A model generated the notes under the pieces. It was not told the DNA's origin, ran no database searches, and saw only the letters and a program-made list of their open reading frames with translations. From Paramecium tetraurelia (Eukaryota), in contig CT868507.1 of assembly GCA_000165425.1 (NCBI GenBank), forward strand, positions 62,001 to 126,000: a DNA stretch of 64,000 nt. The letters are read 5' to 3'. The translations under genes and the position numbers were made by a program. This document shows, one piece after another, positions 39,613 to 54,648 of the stretch (its first letter is position 1; each line of letters starts with the position of its first letter).

Positions 39613-41156
39613 ATGTAGGAGGATATCGAATAATATGATTATGACGGTGGTTATGACTACCTTACGGATTCATGCTAAATAGAGGATATTCCAAGTTTGG
39701 TTCGGACTCCATCAACAAAGTATTAATCTTGCTAATTTAAAGTTAAGAAATTCTGGAATTGAAAGATGTGATGAAGTTTATAGATCAATTAATTGGCAAC
39801 ATGGGAGAGCTACTGAATTTGGATGCCGATAATACATATGAAGTATCAAAATTTTTAATTTAATTTAGATCTTAATGTTTTATAATTGGAACAAGGACCG
39901 CATTGAATGTGAATACCACGAGACAATTTTGGAATAATTGAAAAAATAAGGAGTATTTAATAATCATTAAGCAATTTGTTACCCAGACCAAATCTCAATG
40001 TGTCCCCTTTGCATGGAAGAAACTCAATTAATTCAGCTAGGGTGTCGACATTAATTTTGCAAAAGCTGCATTCAACAATCAATTGCATAAAGATTTACAA
40101 AAGAATAATTTTTAGTTATCCCTTGTTTATAGTATGGTTGTAAATATAAATTACCAATGTCAATGATCAAGAATCTTACTAAGCCTGAAGATTACCTAAA
40201 AATAGTTTGTAGAAAATTTATTGAAACAAATAAAGCACTTGCATATTGCCAAGGAGTCGATTGCAAAAAAATTATCAAACCAAAAGATTCATCTTTAACT
40301 ACTGTCACATGCCCTTGTGGCACTCAATTTTGTTTCAGGTGCAAACATGAATTACATCAGCCAGTCCCCTGCGATATGGCTAAAACTTGGGTTTCTGAAA
40401 TCACAAAGAATGAAGCAAATATAAAGTGGATTGTTCTTAATACGAAAATCTGTCCCTTTTGTAAAAAACCAGTTTAACGATCTGATGGATGTAATTACCT
40501 TATGTGTAAACCCCCAGGAGGTTGTGGAAATGCATTTTGCTATGTCTGTAGTAACCCTTGGGAACCTGATCACAAAGACCATTTTAAGTGCAGCAAATAC
40601 GTTCCTCCTACTAATGATTTAGAAAAAGAAAAGGAAATCTTAGCTAGATACAACTTTTATTATGAGAGATTCTTGAATTCCAATTCAGCTGTTGAATAAA
40701 TTTAAGCTAGATTAAAATAATTCAGAGAAAAGCATAATCAAGAAATCTAAGAAACATATGAAGTCACATCTCTTGAATTTGAATTTTTGGAAGAGGCTCT
40801 CAAAGAATTAGCCCAATCTAGATAAGTGTTGAAATGGTATTCTTTACATTCTATTATTTAGGACTTCTTGTCTTGGATATTTTATCTCATAGACCAATCC
40901 TACTTCATCCAAATTATTTGATAATTATTAAAAGGAATTCGAACATTCTTGTGAGTAACTAGGTATCCTATGCATGCAGCTTTTTAACGAACTAGAGAAA
41001 TTGCAAAATCTACATACAAGGCAATAAACCACATTGAATCAGAGAAAAAATGATTTTTATGGAAGAAGAGAGCAAATCTTAAAATTATAAAACAAATGCT
41101 ATAATTTGAGACGTAATTTATTAAAGGCAAGCGAAAATGGAGATATTATGAATTGA
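39613..41156 (+). CDS. Ariadne-like RBR E3 ubiquitin ligase
   Basis: Acidic N-terminus; RING1 CPLC..GCRHQFCKSC; IBR CQGVDC..CPCGTQFCFRCKHELHQPVPC; RING2 TKICPFCKKPVQRSDGCNYLMC..CGNAFCYVC; Ariadne domain LARYNFYYERF...SRQVLKW. Confidence 0.92.
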
Positions 41157-42321
41157 TCTAATAAAATCTATGCATATATTTAGTATTTTGTTATGATCAA
41201 GTTAAATTCTTCAATCTCATATGCCTCATTTCTTAAATTCTAATTGATAGAATTGTTATTTCCTTTGAATTTAAAGAAATACATAATTGCTAAAGTTTCT
41301 AAAATTTTAAAATCAATTAAATTGAGAAAAAAATTAATTCAATACTTTAATGCTACCTGTATAAAAATTAATTATTTAATATTATTGAATATATTATAAT
41401 GTAAGATTATTAAAGTTCCATTTTAATATCCTTATTGAATGTATCCCCTCTGAATTTACTTAAAAAATTGTGAATATCTATTTATTAATTTTAATTACCA
41501 AATTATCCACGAATTTAGTATTCAAATTTTGTTATTTATTTCAATTCTTCTAAATGATGTAAAATTTCAAACAGTTTATCATCTCTATTTAAAAGTATGT
41601 TGTTCATTAAAAGAAATTAAACTGATCATTTTTTTATTACAAAAGATATTAATGTTAAGGATATTTAATGAAAGCATTCTTAAATATTAACTCTATTTTT
41701 GAAATAATTTTAATGAAATGAGTATGTAAATGCAAAAACTAACATTTTATATGATTAATTATATAAAAGTTTATTTAATTAAAAAATTACAGTTTATTCG
41801 GATTTAACAAATATGAATTTTTAATGTGGCACTTAAGATGTATTAGTCCCTAACTTTAATTATCAAGATTTGATCTTCTAAAAATATAATCATAAAGAAA
41901 TTAATTAATTCTCTAGTAAATCTAATCAGCAACCTGGTTTTTGAACATTACGAAGGAAGGACCGATTTTTTTAAATATTATAACCTAAATAATTAATATA
42001 TCAGTTCTATTCTTCGGATATACCTAAGATGTTGATTATAGTGCATTTGCAAATTATACACTAATGAAAAAAGCAACTTACTCAAAATGAATTAAAGGGT
42101 AATAATTAAAAATTACGTAGACAATAGTACTGAAAATTAAATCATCTTCCTTTTTAATTGAACGATAATTATTACTAAAGTTTTTAGGAAATAAAAAAAT
42201 CTTAATCAAGTATTTATTATATATGATTAGATAACACAGATTAAGATAAATTGTAATGATTGGCCTCGAGGGTTTTATTAATTATAGATATATTATAAAA
42301 ATCATAATTTTTAAATATTAA

Positions 42322-45300
42322 ATGTTTTTCCTCTACATCTTCAGCATACTGTCGTTAAAGTAAATATTGTTTTTATTATAAGATTTTACATCGGACATTC
42401 CTCTTGTGATGTTTTTAATGTAGTAACTTCGCCTGAAAATGAACAAAGATTATTATTCTAAGATCTTACAGATGAAATAACTAAGGACTATTCTTGGGGA
42501 GTTTGGACAAAATATATGCCAATATATGAGCCCATTGAAGACTTTGCATAGAAAATTAAACTGATGCATGTACTATCAGAGAGTTTCGATGAACGAAATA
42601 ATTTAGTTTACTTTATAGTTTTAGATAGGGAGGAGTTGGTTATGTATCATAAATTATTTATCTATACAAATAATTATGTTGAAATAAGAGAATTTTAAGT
42701 TAATCAGGATTTAATATAAGATAATTGGGTTTTTTTCTATTTTTGCTATTCGCAAACATCTTAAATATATAGCATATTTTTATATGTCAATGGAAAAAAA
42801 GATAATGTACAAATGAATTAAGGAGGGCCATTCTAAATTGAAAATTAAGGACTGAAAATATATAAATTAGGGGGTTTTCAAACAATCCGTTATTAAAATA
42901 CATAGTTAGAGGAATCTCTAATTTCTTTAAGTCCTTTTTCTGGGGAAATATCTGATATGGACTTAAGAATCGGGACGTCATATTTCTATAATGATATCCC
43001 AACCTTTTTGTTAAATATTTATGATGCCAATTGTGTGATTTCGTTGTGTAAGAAAGAAATATTAAATGGTTTGATAATGTAAAAATAATATCTGGGAGAC
43101 TTTGATAAACTTTAATTAGCTTATATTGATAAGAAATTCATGATTTATGGATGGGTAAAACTAAATGAATTAGAATAGGTAAAAGTATAAATTAATGTAT
43201 TAGATGTCTACTGTGAAGTCAGTTCTAATGAGAGCCAGTTTAAGAAAGACTTATTTTGATGATCTCTATTAAGGCGATAAGGCTATTTATTGGGAGTATT
43301 TGCAAAGCAATTAAAATAATGAATAAAACGGAATTACAGTAACAACTTATCATAATGATCCTACAAAACCACTTTCTTAATACAAAACACTTGACATTGA
43401 CTCTTGGGTATTGTAAGGGTCATAATATTAATCAGCCATTACATTTTGGCATTGGTTTGTCTATTAAGAAGGTGTGAATGATAATAACAATATTAAGTTA
43501 TCAATTTATTTTGGTTCAAGTAAAAAGACTTAAATTTATTAAATGAGACAAATTCATTTTGAAAAGTCTTCATTATATTTTACAATAGGAGGTGATAAGT
43601 TCAATAAGAATTTTAGAGGAGAAATTCGTAATTTAACATTTTATTATTGTTACACTTAAGATACTCCTAAAACTAAAAGTAAATTATTGTAGTTATTTGT
43701 TAGTCTGTCATTATAGTTGTAAAAGCTGTTTTGGACCTGAGGAGACCTAATGTATTGAATGTGACGAGACTGATGCATAGAAAAGAACTTTAAATCAAGG
43801 ATCTTGTAAATGCTAATCTGGGTATGTTGACAATAAAGAAAAAGGATGCTAACGTAATTAGTTATTTATAGATTATAGCTGTATCATAACTAGTTACAGT
43901 TGAGATTCAAGAAGCATAGGATATTGATGATTCAAATTGTAAATTGGGTGAATTCTTAGTTCTACTTTATGAGAAGGCTTATTGTTTAGCCTGTCCAGGG
44001 TAGTACACTTCTTCTAGTTTGAATTGTGTTGAGTGCATAGCTGATCCAAAACGTTGGTATTTAAATCCGACTTGCAAAAGCGATTACTTTCAACCATTAT
44101 AAGATAATACGGATTATGTTTATTTAGAAACTCTGCGTAATGAAATAGATTATTAATACTACTTGATTAATCAATTTAATTTATCAGAAGTACCAAAAGT
44201 AGAACTTTGTTCTGGATGTTTAGGTCAGACAACGGGTAATTTCAATTTCATTTAAAATTATTAACTGAACATTTTATCTAGATTTGCATGCAAAACTTGC
44301 TATTCTGTTATTAATGGTGAATGTATCAATGTTAATAAGGACTGCATTACTTGTGATACTTCTGCAAATTGTTTGAAATGCTAAACTAATTACACATTAT
44401 TTGATGGATAATGCTATGAATGTCCTTATTATTGTCCAAATTGTAAAAAGAATAATACCGGTCTATATTGTTTGAGCTGCATATCTGGATATTTTTATAA
44501 TTCTACTTCTCAATAATGTTAGTAATGTGGTTAATTTTGTTCTGTGTGTATAGAAAATGAGATATTGCCATATTTACAATGTGTTCGATGCATTGATGAT
44601 AAAAAATATTTTATATCTGCAGACAGATTAATGTGTAGATTGAAAAATTTTGAGCATTGCGAAATTCAAGCAGAAGAATATATATAGAATGATAACCTAA
44701 ATTTTTCAATTAAAGATCGGAATCTTCCATATGGATCAACACTTGATATTGTGGCGAATTATTCTACTTTGTCTACATTCCCAGTTTGCTTATTGTGTGA
44801 AGATCAATATGTCAATAAATTAACTTTATATTCCTCAAATGAATGTGTTCATGCCAGTGATACAAGCAAATTACCAGGTTTGAGAGATGAACTGAAACAA
44901 CTAGTATTAGATTCTCAGAATCACTCATATTAATTGTCATTTTCAAATTGGGCTAGTTCAACCACCAATTATACTGTAATTTATGGTAAACCAACCAAAC
45001 TTTTGATTACAAACAATTCTGATTCGTCCTAACAAATCTACTACAATTTTAGTAGTGTTGTGGTTTCAACTAATTTTATTAATGATGATCCTTCCCTTAA
45101 ATGTAAAGATCCAAATTGTATAGACTGCATCAAAAACTATCTTTGGTCTTCAGAGTTTTGTATAAGATGTCAAAATGGATATTATTCAAGTGCATTCACA
45201 GGACTTTGTTACGTATGTTCAGAAGAATGTTAAGAGTGCTTACATTCGCATCAAGTTTATCAAGATTCTTGGAAGTGGCAAATAATCCCATACTATCAAT

Positions 45301-48300
45301 ATCGAAGCAATATATTCTTTGGACTTCATTACTATAATTATTATTGTGTCTCTACTGATAATGAAAAGTATGAGCAAGTGTGTACTAAATGCAAAGGAAA
45401 AGATGCTTTGCATGATGGAAAATGCTATAAATATTGTAATTGTGATGAATGTATTTTCCAAAATGGTTAGAATAAATGTTTGAGATGCAAAGACTCGAAG
45501 ACTTACATTGATGGCCAATGTGTGAAATGTCCTAATTATTGCGATGTTTGCAAATAATTAAAAAATTCAGAAATCACTTAAATCAATCCCTACTTCGATC
45601 CAATTGATCCTACCTTGTATAGGTATGCCAAGGCATGCTTAAAGAAATAAAGTAATCCACCTGAAAAGGGTTTCATATATCACGATTCTAGTTTAGGATT
45701 AGAAGTGAACTGCATAAATGAGGAAAAATAACCATGTTATAAATATGCTGAAAAGACAGTAAATTTGTATTGTAGTTAAGAAAGCTTTGATTTAGATTAC
45801 GGATTAATTACAAATGATAATGATAAATTATTATTTTTAGATCAAAACATACTTTTGAAATAAATCTTCTCATAAAGCACATAATCTCATTTTTCTATTT
45901 AAGAAAATGATTTTTTAATTGAACTATTTAATGAGAAGAGTGTAAAACTTATGAGATACATACTTAAAATGAAACCAAACACAGGAGAATGTAGGATTCA
46001 ACAGAACACCTTTGTATATTCTAAATTAAGGAAAAATGTATTTATGCTTCAATCCTTGGAATTGGTTTTAGAATCAACACTTGATCTACCAATTTACTTC
46101 GGGAACAACGTAACATTTTAATAATTTACTTCAATCACTTTCAAAAACATACTCTTAGATTCTCTTTCAGGGATTTCTAGGATTTATTTTTAAAATAATT
46201 AAGATGTTGCATTAACTTTGAATCAGCTTGTTGTATCAAATTGCAATAACCTATAATTGTAATTTATAGTTGAAAATCCTAAATCAATTGTTCTTTAATA
46301 AGTGACTTTGAAAAATACGGAACTTATCAATGCCGATGGCTTTATAAATTATTATTTCACAAAACCAAAATTAGATAAATAATTGATTATTACTATCAAT
46401 AATCTAGTTATTAAAGACTCTAAAATAATTAATTCTCATTTCCTCATTCAAAACTTAGACACGAACTATGGTAATCAAAAGTTAATTATTAATGGTTTTA
46501 AGTCTTTAAATAATGAAGTTGCCAATTCCTAAATGATCTATACAGATTTGAAGAATCAAATAAGACAATCTGAAATTGTCGTTTAAGATTTCCTTTCTGA
46601 TGGAGATAAATTAACAAAATCGAGTTTCTTTGTTTTACATGGTGCCTTAAGTATTTTATTCAACAGAACGACCATTTAAAATGGCAACTATTATCAAGAG
46701 GCAATCTTATTCAAGTTGCCTTTGTTTACTATTCAGAATTTTAATATCCTAGATAACTATTTTCACAGTTCTGATAATCGTGTATTAACCAATATCTTGG
46801 ACTCATTATATGCAGATAATATAAAAGAAAATACCGTCATTATGAATTCTTTGTAATTTTCAGGAAACTTCTATGTAGGAAATAATGTCTTTATGGAATT
46901 AATGAGTAGTGATAACTTTATTAATTTGCGTGTAGAAATTGATTAACTAACTCTGGCTTCAAATTAATTTGAATTTTCTGGTAAAATTAGATCCCCTATT
47001 ATTTCATCGAATTCATCAATTTATCTAGATGTGAGTCAATTGTTATTAAAAAATACAAAGATCGTACGTTCTTATACATTACCTGAATTCTCAATCAATA
47101 ATGCTGATATGGTCAAAGTAGTTAATTTTTAGGTGACTTCTAATAAGGCATTCCTATTCTAACCTATTCATTCATAATCAAATTGTGTTGGTTCAAACTT
47201 AGACTATGGATATGGAAGCATTTTTCAATTTTATAATATTAAGACAATTAATTTCGAATAAGCTGTGTTGTAAAATTTGATATCAATCAACTCTCCCTTC
47301 TTCATAATAAAGTCTTTGGAACGGACTAATTTTAGAATTTAAGAATCAATACATATAACTGATCATTTCTATCTCAATAACAGTTTAATTACCACTAGTT
47401 AATCTGAATAAATGGGAATCTTAAGTATCATTTCTGAATAGGAGTAGAGTATTAAGATGAATAAAATCACAGCTTAGAATAATATGTTACATTGCTATGA
47501 AAATGATCTATTATCTAGATAAACTTCAACAATACTTATAGTGAATCCATACTCTAATGTTATTCTTGGGAACTCTATTTTTTCTGAGAATATTGTCACT
47601 GAAAGTTTTGGTTCCAATTTAGTGATTATGAGCAAATCCTTATTGATATAGAATACCCAATTTTCTGACTAGAATGTATTGAAATATTAAAATCTAAAAG
47701 ACAGATTGGTTTGGGGTTATTCAGCAGATGAACAAATTTACTTTGAAAATTTAAAGAATGAATTCCCAATAAAATCAAAAGGAGGAAATGCATTTTTATC
47801 TGCTGAAGAAATCTAACTAGTGAATATCAGTACAAAGAATTCTATGGCACTTCAGGGTGGGGCCTTTTATTTGTTTACAGTCTCAGATGGAGTGGTAAAT
47901 ATCACTAATTCTTCATTCATTCAAAGCTAATCCAACTTGTTAGTTTAAGATAAATCTTAAGGAGGTACTTTATATGTAGATGCATCATAATCAACATTAT
48001 AATTTTGGTTATCTAATTGTGTAATATCTGGCAGTTAAAGCAGAAGGGAAGGAGGAGTACTATTTATTGAGCCTTCCAGAGATTCAAATTAAATCATTAT
48101 AGAATCTAATTTTGTAACTGAAATCTATTCTCTCTATCATGCTTTTCTCAAATTGCCAATCTAATTTACTAGCAAGACCCTGATTCTAAATATTTAAATT
48201 TCTAATTTGTCTGTGTCTAATTCTGATTCAGGATATTATTAATTTTATGGATAGGTACTTTAATTAACTAAAAATGAAATATAAGATTAAGGAAGAAATT

Positions 48301-51300
48301 CATTAATCTCAATAGAAGGTGGTAGTATATACATGGAGGATGTTTACTTCTCTAATATCGACTAATTTGGTATCATAAATATATAGAATTCTCAATATGT
48401 TTCAATGATTAATGTTGGTATCTAATATATCAAATTGATAAATGATAATTTAATCCTAATTAACTTAAATAAAAGTAAATTATACCTATATATTTTTAGA
48501 ATATCAATCTTCCATAAAATTTACAAATGTAAAGTTGGAATCTATCAAATAATTTCAGAGCTATACATCGAAACCAACTAGCCCCTCAAGTACTCTAAAT
48601 GAGTATATCTATAAATGCCTTAAGAATTTGATTGCTCCAAATAAGATTTCAGAGTTTTACAATTCAAAATACTTAGAATTTTACTCAAATAATAATATCT
48701 ACAATATATTTGCTTCAAATCAAATACCTAAGTTTATAATCGGAATTGATTAGGTGTCCTAGAATCATAAATTGTATTTTTATTTATTGAAGCTAAATTC
48801 AATTTTATGTTAAAATTGCAGTGAAGGAGTCTTCAAAATTACTAATATAGATGGAGCTCAAAATCAAACTCTGATTTAATTCAAATCAATAAGTGTATCT
48901 GATAATTTGTGTGGAGAATTGGGCTGCCTATTTTTAAGTAGATCAGATAAAAGTCAATTGAACTTATTTTCTTCAAATAACAACCATAGATAATTAGCAG
49001 ATGCTTCCTAATTAAGTGAATTAATGGTTTTGGACATTAAAATAGAAGACAGCAAATTTGATAATAATTAAGGCTTGTTCGGAGGAGCTATGTTGATATC
49101 AGGAGTGAGTACAAATATCAATAATTGTTAATTTACAAATAATTATGCTAATAACACTGGAGGAAGTATATACTTTGATTACAAAACGAATTCAGAATTA
49201 TTAATATTTAATTCTTTATTTGCAGACAATACAGCAAACATTGGTGGAGCAGTGTTTTTGGGAAATTATTCAATAAACTCACCATCCGTTTAGAATAATG
49301 CATTTTTCAACAATAAAGCATTCCTTTTCGGCGAAAATCAAGCCGATCAACCAGTTAGACTAGCACTATAAATTGGAGAGAAAGTTTTAGAAACTACTAA
49401 TGTTATTTCTGATAAAAATAATATCACAGATATTGTGAAAATCGATTCATACTAAATTGGAAAGAATAATTATGAATATATTATGATTCCAAGTGGATAA
49501 AAAATAATTGAATATTAAATTTTTGACGAAACACAATAATAGTTTATTCCTTATAATTTTACTTTCAGAATTCTTGCAATTAATAAGGAAAATGGGCCAG
49601 TAAAGGTATTGGATGGCAGCAAATGTACTATACAAGGAAGAGAAGTTTTAAATGAAATATATGGAGAATTTTACTCAAATTATACAAACCTTCCAGAAAT
49701 ATCCTTTAATTCAACCAGCCAAGATTATAATTTAGATTCGATGATTGTAACATTTTAACCTGATCTAAATACCTTTGGTTTTCTTTAGTTAGAAATTATG
49801 TGTAATTCTGTAAAAATACCTCAGTTTTCTAAAGATCCACCATATAAATTTTAGAATTTTTTTACAAATTACAGATTACGGATAAATATATAAACGTTTT
49901 AATGCTAAAGAGGAGAATATAAGACGGATGATGGAAAATGCAAGTTATGTGATTCTTCGTCAGATTAATATACTGTAATTGCTGGTGAAAGATGTCAGAT
50001 CAAAGATTAAATTAAAATGGAATAGGTAAGTCCAGCAAGAATTATGCTGAGGCCAGAATATTGGAGACCATCGGAAAGTAATGAAAAAATCGAATATTGT
50101 TTGAATTAGCCTGAAAATTGCGTTGGAGGTTGGGATCCTGGAGATGGTCTCTGTGATCTAGCTCATATAGGAGCACTTTGTGAATAATGCGATATTTATA
50201 ATATACGAGGTTAAGGATCCTTCTCAGTTAGCACATAATATAAATGTGGAAGTTGCTCTAATATTGGAGACAACACAATAAAGATTGTATTAATTAGTGT
50301 CTGGACCATGATTTCTATATTCTTATCTGTTAAAGGGACAATCTAAGGAGTAGAAAAAATGGTAGCACAGAGTAAATTGTTAAAATTGAAATAACTCCAA
50401 TTTGATTAAAAAGCAGGACATGGAGGAGTTTTAATTAAAGTTTTAACAAATTACCTCTAGATTATAGGAGCTGTAGCCTTGTTTCAACTCAAATTACCAA
50501 GTGCTTTACAATCTACAGTAAGATCTGTAGGTAATCCTGTTGAGGCTATGAGCTATTCTTTGGATTGCTTTTTAGCTAATATTACAGATATCAATATCAT
50601 ATATTTTAGAATGGTCTGGGCTTTGATAATGCCCATCCTTTATATTTTTACCTTTCTCTTGATATATATTTTAGCTGTGCTATTGAATATGACTTAATCA
50701 AATAGAAGTGCAATAACTACAACGGCGATTTACTTATTCACCTACTTACAGCCCACACTACTAGGTGGTTTCATTTCCTTATTATCTTTTCGTAATATAT
50801 CTGGAATTTATTGGGTCCAGGGTAATGTAGCCTATAAATATATCACTCAATAGCACATTAAGTGGGTTACAGGATTTGTTCTCCCATCTTCTTTGATCTT
50901 GGGATTGTTCATTCCATTATATATGTTTTTGGGATTGTATAGATAAAGATTTAAATTAGAGGATGAAAATACTAGAAAGAATTGGGGCTATTTATATAAT
51001 GAATATCAGCATAATGCTTATTTTTGGGAGATAATCAAGATCTTTTAGAAAGGATTTATGATCGTTTTTTTAACATTTTATGAAGATTAAATTATCATCA
51101 AAGGAGCTTTGATATTTATGATAGTGTTTATTTATTAGATCTTTACGAAGAAATTTAAACCATATAAATTACGATAATTGAATCTCTTGGACGAAGCTTT
51201 GACTTTGGTTTGTGGTGCATCCATTGTTATGGGAATGACTATCTATTAGGCTAATACATCAGACAACCAAGAGATTATATGGCCATTTTATATATTATTA

Positions 51301-51741
51301 ATTGCAATAAATGGAATCTTTATTTTTATTCTTATTTGGGAAATCTTATGGGCTCAATTAGAGGATCATCAAGACAATTTGGATAAAATTAGGGATAAAA
51401 TCAATGAGAAATTCCCTGGTTTAAAAAAGAAGAATGTATTTTTTTACAGACTTTTAACTAATAGAGCTCAACAATAATTAAAAATAAAGAAAAGATTCTA
51501 AAAGATCAAAGCCTATTTGTTTAACATTGTTCGTCAATATCCTGGATTTTATAATTAACCAATTCAAGTATCTTAATTTAAAGGGGAAGAAAAATTATCA
51601 TCATAATCAGATGCGATGCTTTATAATGACTTTCCTGGATATCCGAAAACATTCAACAAAATATATCCAGCCATGCCTTAAAGTTATCACAGTTAAACAT
51701 CCCTTAAATAAAGCGAGGATTTCTAATAGAAGGACCATTGA
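42322..51741 (+). CDS. Giant (~3000 aa) surface protein: signal peptide, LamG-like, furin-like Cys repeats, beta-helix (GGA) repeats, Cys-rich juxtamembrane region, multi-TM C-terminus
   Basis: ATG 42322 + 23-nt intron; CxxC repeats ~43700-45560; GGA/GGS repeats (QGGAFY, FGGAM, TGGSIY, IGGAVF); CDLAHIGALCEQCD; IKVLTNYLQII; WGYLYNEYQHNAYFWEIIKI; TGA 51739-51741. Confidence 0.88.
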
Positions 51742-51764
51742 AAATAAATAAATAAATATATAAT

Positions 51765-53093
51765 TCATAAAAATAAAGTTTCATTGTTTGTTATATAATA
51801 GGGTACAATCTATGCAATTCTTTGGAGCCATGCATGATTGTACGCCTGTTGTGCAGTGAATCGATCACGAGAAAGTCGTTTCATAAGATTCTCAATAAAA
51901 TCTTTTAATTCTCTTGATGCCGTAAATGGAATCATGAAGCAAGCCTAAGATACAAATAGACAGATTACTGTTTTCATTAATTCTTATTAATTCTCTTTCC
52001 AAGGTGGTTTACCGAAGCATAATTCATAAGTCAAAACACCCAATCCCCAAATATCACTTTTCTTATCGTAGGTTTCGCCTTCTAAAATTTGGGGAGAAGC
52101 ATATATGATGGTTCCACATTGGGTTTGTCTTTCTTCGTCTGGAGAATACACACAAAATGAGAAATCTGCTAGCTTAACCTATCCAAAACTTAGAAGGATA
52201 TTATCAGGTTTGATGTCTCGATGAATTACATCTTGATTGTGTATGTACATCAATGCAAAAGTAATCTGTTATACATACTATGCTGCTACTCTCTCTTAAA
52301 ACTTTTTCATGGGTTACATTTGTTAAAGAGTATTCAACTGTCCATGCGAACAATATTCTAAGACCAACACGATTTCAGTAGCTACAATATTGTAAGATGA
52401 TTTACGAGTCTAGAAGAAGGTGTACAACTTAGTTATATTAGGATGTTCGAGAAGGTATTGTATTTTGATTTCCCAGGCTAATTAAGCTTGCATATTCTCT
52501 TTAATAATTTAAGATTTTTGGATCACTTTCAAGGCAACCAAAAATCCTGTTTATGTATGTTTTGCAACAAACACCTCGCTGTATTGTCCATCTCCTAGTT
52601 TTTTGATGATGGTAAAGTTCTTATATTTTTATTTTTGGTTTTCTGGTTTTTTCATTGGAGAACTTGCTTAACTAATAGGAGTAGAAACTTATTTCTTATT
52701 GTTTAATAAACTGTATACTTTTGTATATTGTTCTCGTACATCGGACATCAAGGGAATGAGAGGGATTATAGGAGGGATATCTGATTAAAAGGATAATGAT
52801 TCCACTTTTTTCGGAAATAAGTATTCCTATTTCGATTTCAATGTAGGTTAAATGACCAAGGATTTCTGTGGAAGGATTAACGGGGAATTGCCTATGCTTT
52901 TTAAATCTGTATCAGTTTTAATTGAGTTGGTTTAGTATGTTTGATACTTAGGTTATTGGTCTTATTGAACAGATCCATAATTGGTCCTCGATTTTGACAG
53001 CACCTAATCTACATATGACATAATATTGGGGTTATGCACTGAGGAATTGGGTAATCGCTAATATGGTCTATATGGCTGATAAGGATAATTCAT
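51765..53093 (-). CDS. Aurora-like Ser/Thr protein kinase
   Basis: LGDGQYSEV, VALKVIQK, EIKIQYLLEHPNITKLY, IHRDIKPDNILL, KLADFSF, TQCGTIIYASPQILEG, DIWGLGVL; low-complexity N-terminus. Confidence 0.88.
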
Positions 53094-53240
53094 TTAATTT
53101 AATTACACATCTAATATATTAAGAAAATATATATAAGTCATAATAGCTTTATTCTTAATATATCACATTTGTTATAGAATATTGGCTAATTTTAAATGTC
53201 ACTCCTTATTTACAGTATAATTATAGTATTATAGAATAAG

Positions 53241-54254
53241 ATGATCTTAAATGGGAACTTATTAGCTAAAGAAGCCACCTCTAGAACTTTCTAGTTTATC
53301 AATTACCACACCTCAAGTATTCACTCTTAAAATTAAAGAAAACTCTGCTTTAATGAGACCTGGCTTAGCCATAATCTAGGTTGGAAACAATCCATCGTCC
53401 TTAACATACGTTCGTAAGAAGATAGCTCTCTGCGAAGAACATTAAATACATCATGAACTCTATCATTTTCCTGAGACCATCTCCCAAAAAGAAATCGTTC
53501 ATCGAATAAAATCTTTAAATTAGAAAGGATCAATAGATGGAATTCTTGTCCAAGTACTTTCTCTAATTATCAAAAGCTTCCATTACCCCCTCATTTATCT
53601 AGGTTGGAAATCTCCAATGAAATAAAACTAAATAAAGACATAGATTGCTTACACATGGCCAATTTTCAAAATCTTCTCCAAAATGGTGAAGATAATGACA
53701 TAATACCATGTACACCTGCTGCCGTGCTTCATATATTGGATACCTAGAATATAGATGTGAGAAACCAGAATGTTACTGTGATTGGTCGAAGTCAATTAGT
53801 TGGATTTCCATTATCTGTACTGCTACTTAAAAGAAATGCCAGAGTTACTATCTGTCATTCTGAAACAACAGTTTAAGAACATGTAGAGAAAGTATATATA
53901 TTAATAAACCATTCCTTAGGCTGATATAGTGATATCATGTGCAGGTCATAAAGAATTGGTCAAAGGAGAATGGATCAAAAATGGGGCCAAGGTTATTGAT
54001 GTTGGAATTACAAGGATCCCTGGAACCAATTAGATTGTTGGTGATATTGAATTCTAAAAAGTTTTCATATCTCTCAATTCTAGGCTCTTCCTAGAGTCAG
54101 TTTCATCACTCCCGTTCCTGGAGGAGTAGGCCCTTTGACTGTTTCCATGTTATTTAGAAATCTTTACAGAGTTTGGTGTAGATCCAATGGATTGAAGGCC
54201 AATGTAGACGAATAGGAAGATGAATTAGACTATGCCTAAAACTACTAATTCTGA
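53241..54254 (+). CDS. folD: Methylenetetrahydrofolate dehydrogenase/cyclohydrolase (FolD)
   Basis: [78 protein letters not shown]; several tiny introns. Confidence 0.95.
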
Positions 54255-54648
54255 ATTACCTTATAATTTAATCACTTTAAAATAAATATTCCAAATTAAT
54301 ATAAATTACCTTTACAATTAATAGCATTGAATTAAAGAAAATGTTTAATATTTTAAATAGCTGAAATTTTAATTTAATCTATTAAACAGCGATATAAATG
54401 ATAATAATTTTTTGGTTATTTAGAAAGTTAATTGCTTAAAATTTTCTTTAATATTGCATTTCCTATTTTTTCTAATGACAAAAAAGAAGGAGCCAGAAAA
54501 TAAGGTTTTAGAATTTCCTTAATTTTCAATTTAAATAATTATAAATAGTTAAGAAAGAGATAATAATAATCTTAAGGCATCTACTAGCATAAAGAAGGTA
54601 GCTTTAAATAGGATTGATAAATTATTAATAATGATTTATTGTATTAAC

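Noticed and set aside
41160..42320. Long AT-rich spacer as a possible ncRNA, telomere-addition site or mobile element
   Set aside because: I could not identify any C4A2/C3A3 telomeric repeats, inverted repeats, or tRNA/rRNA-like structure.
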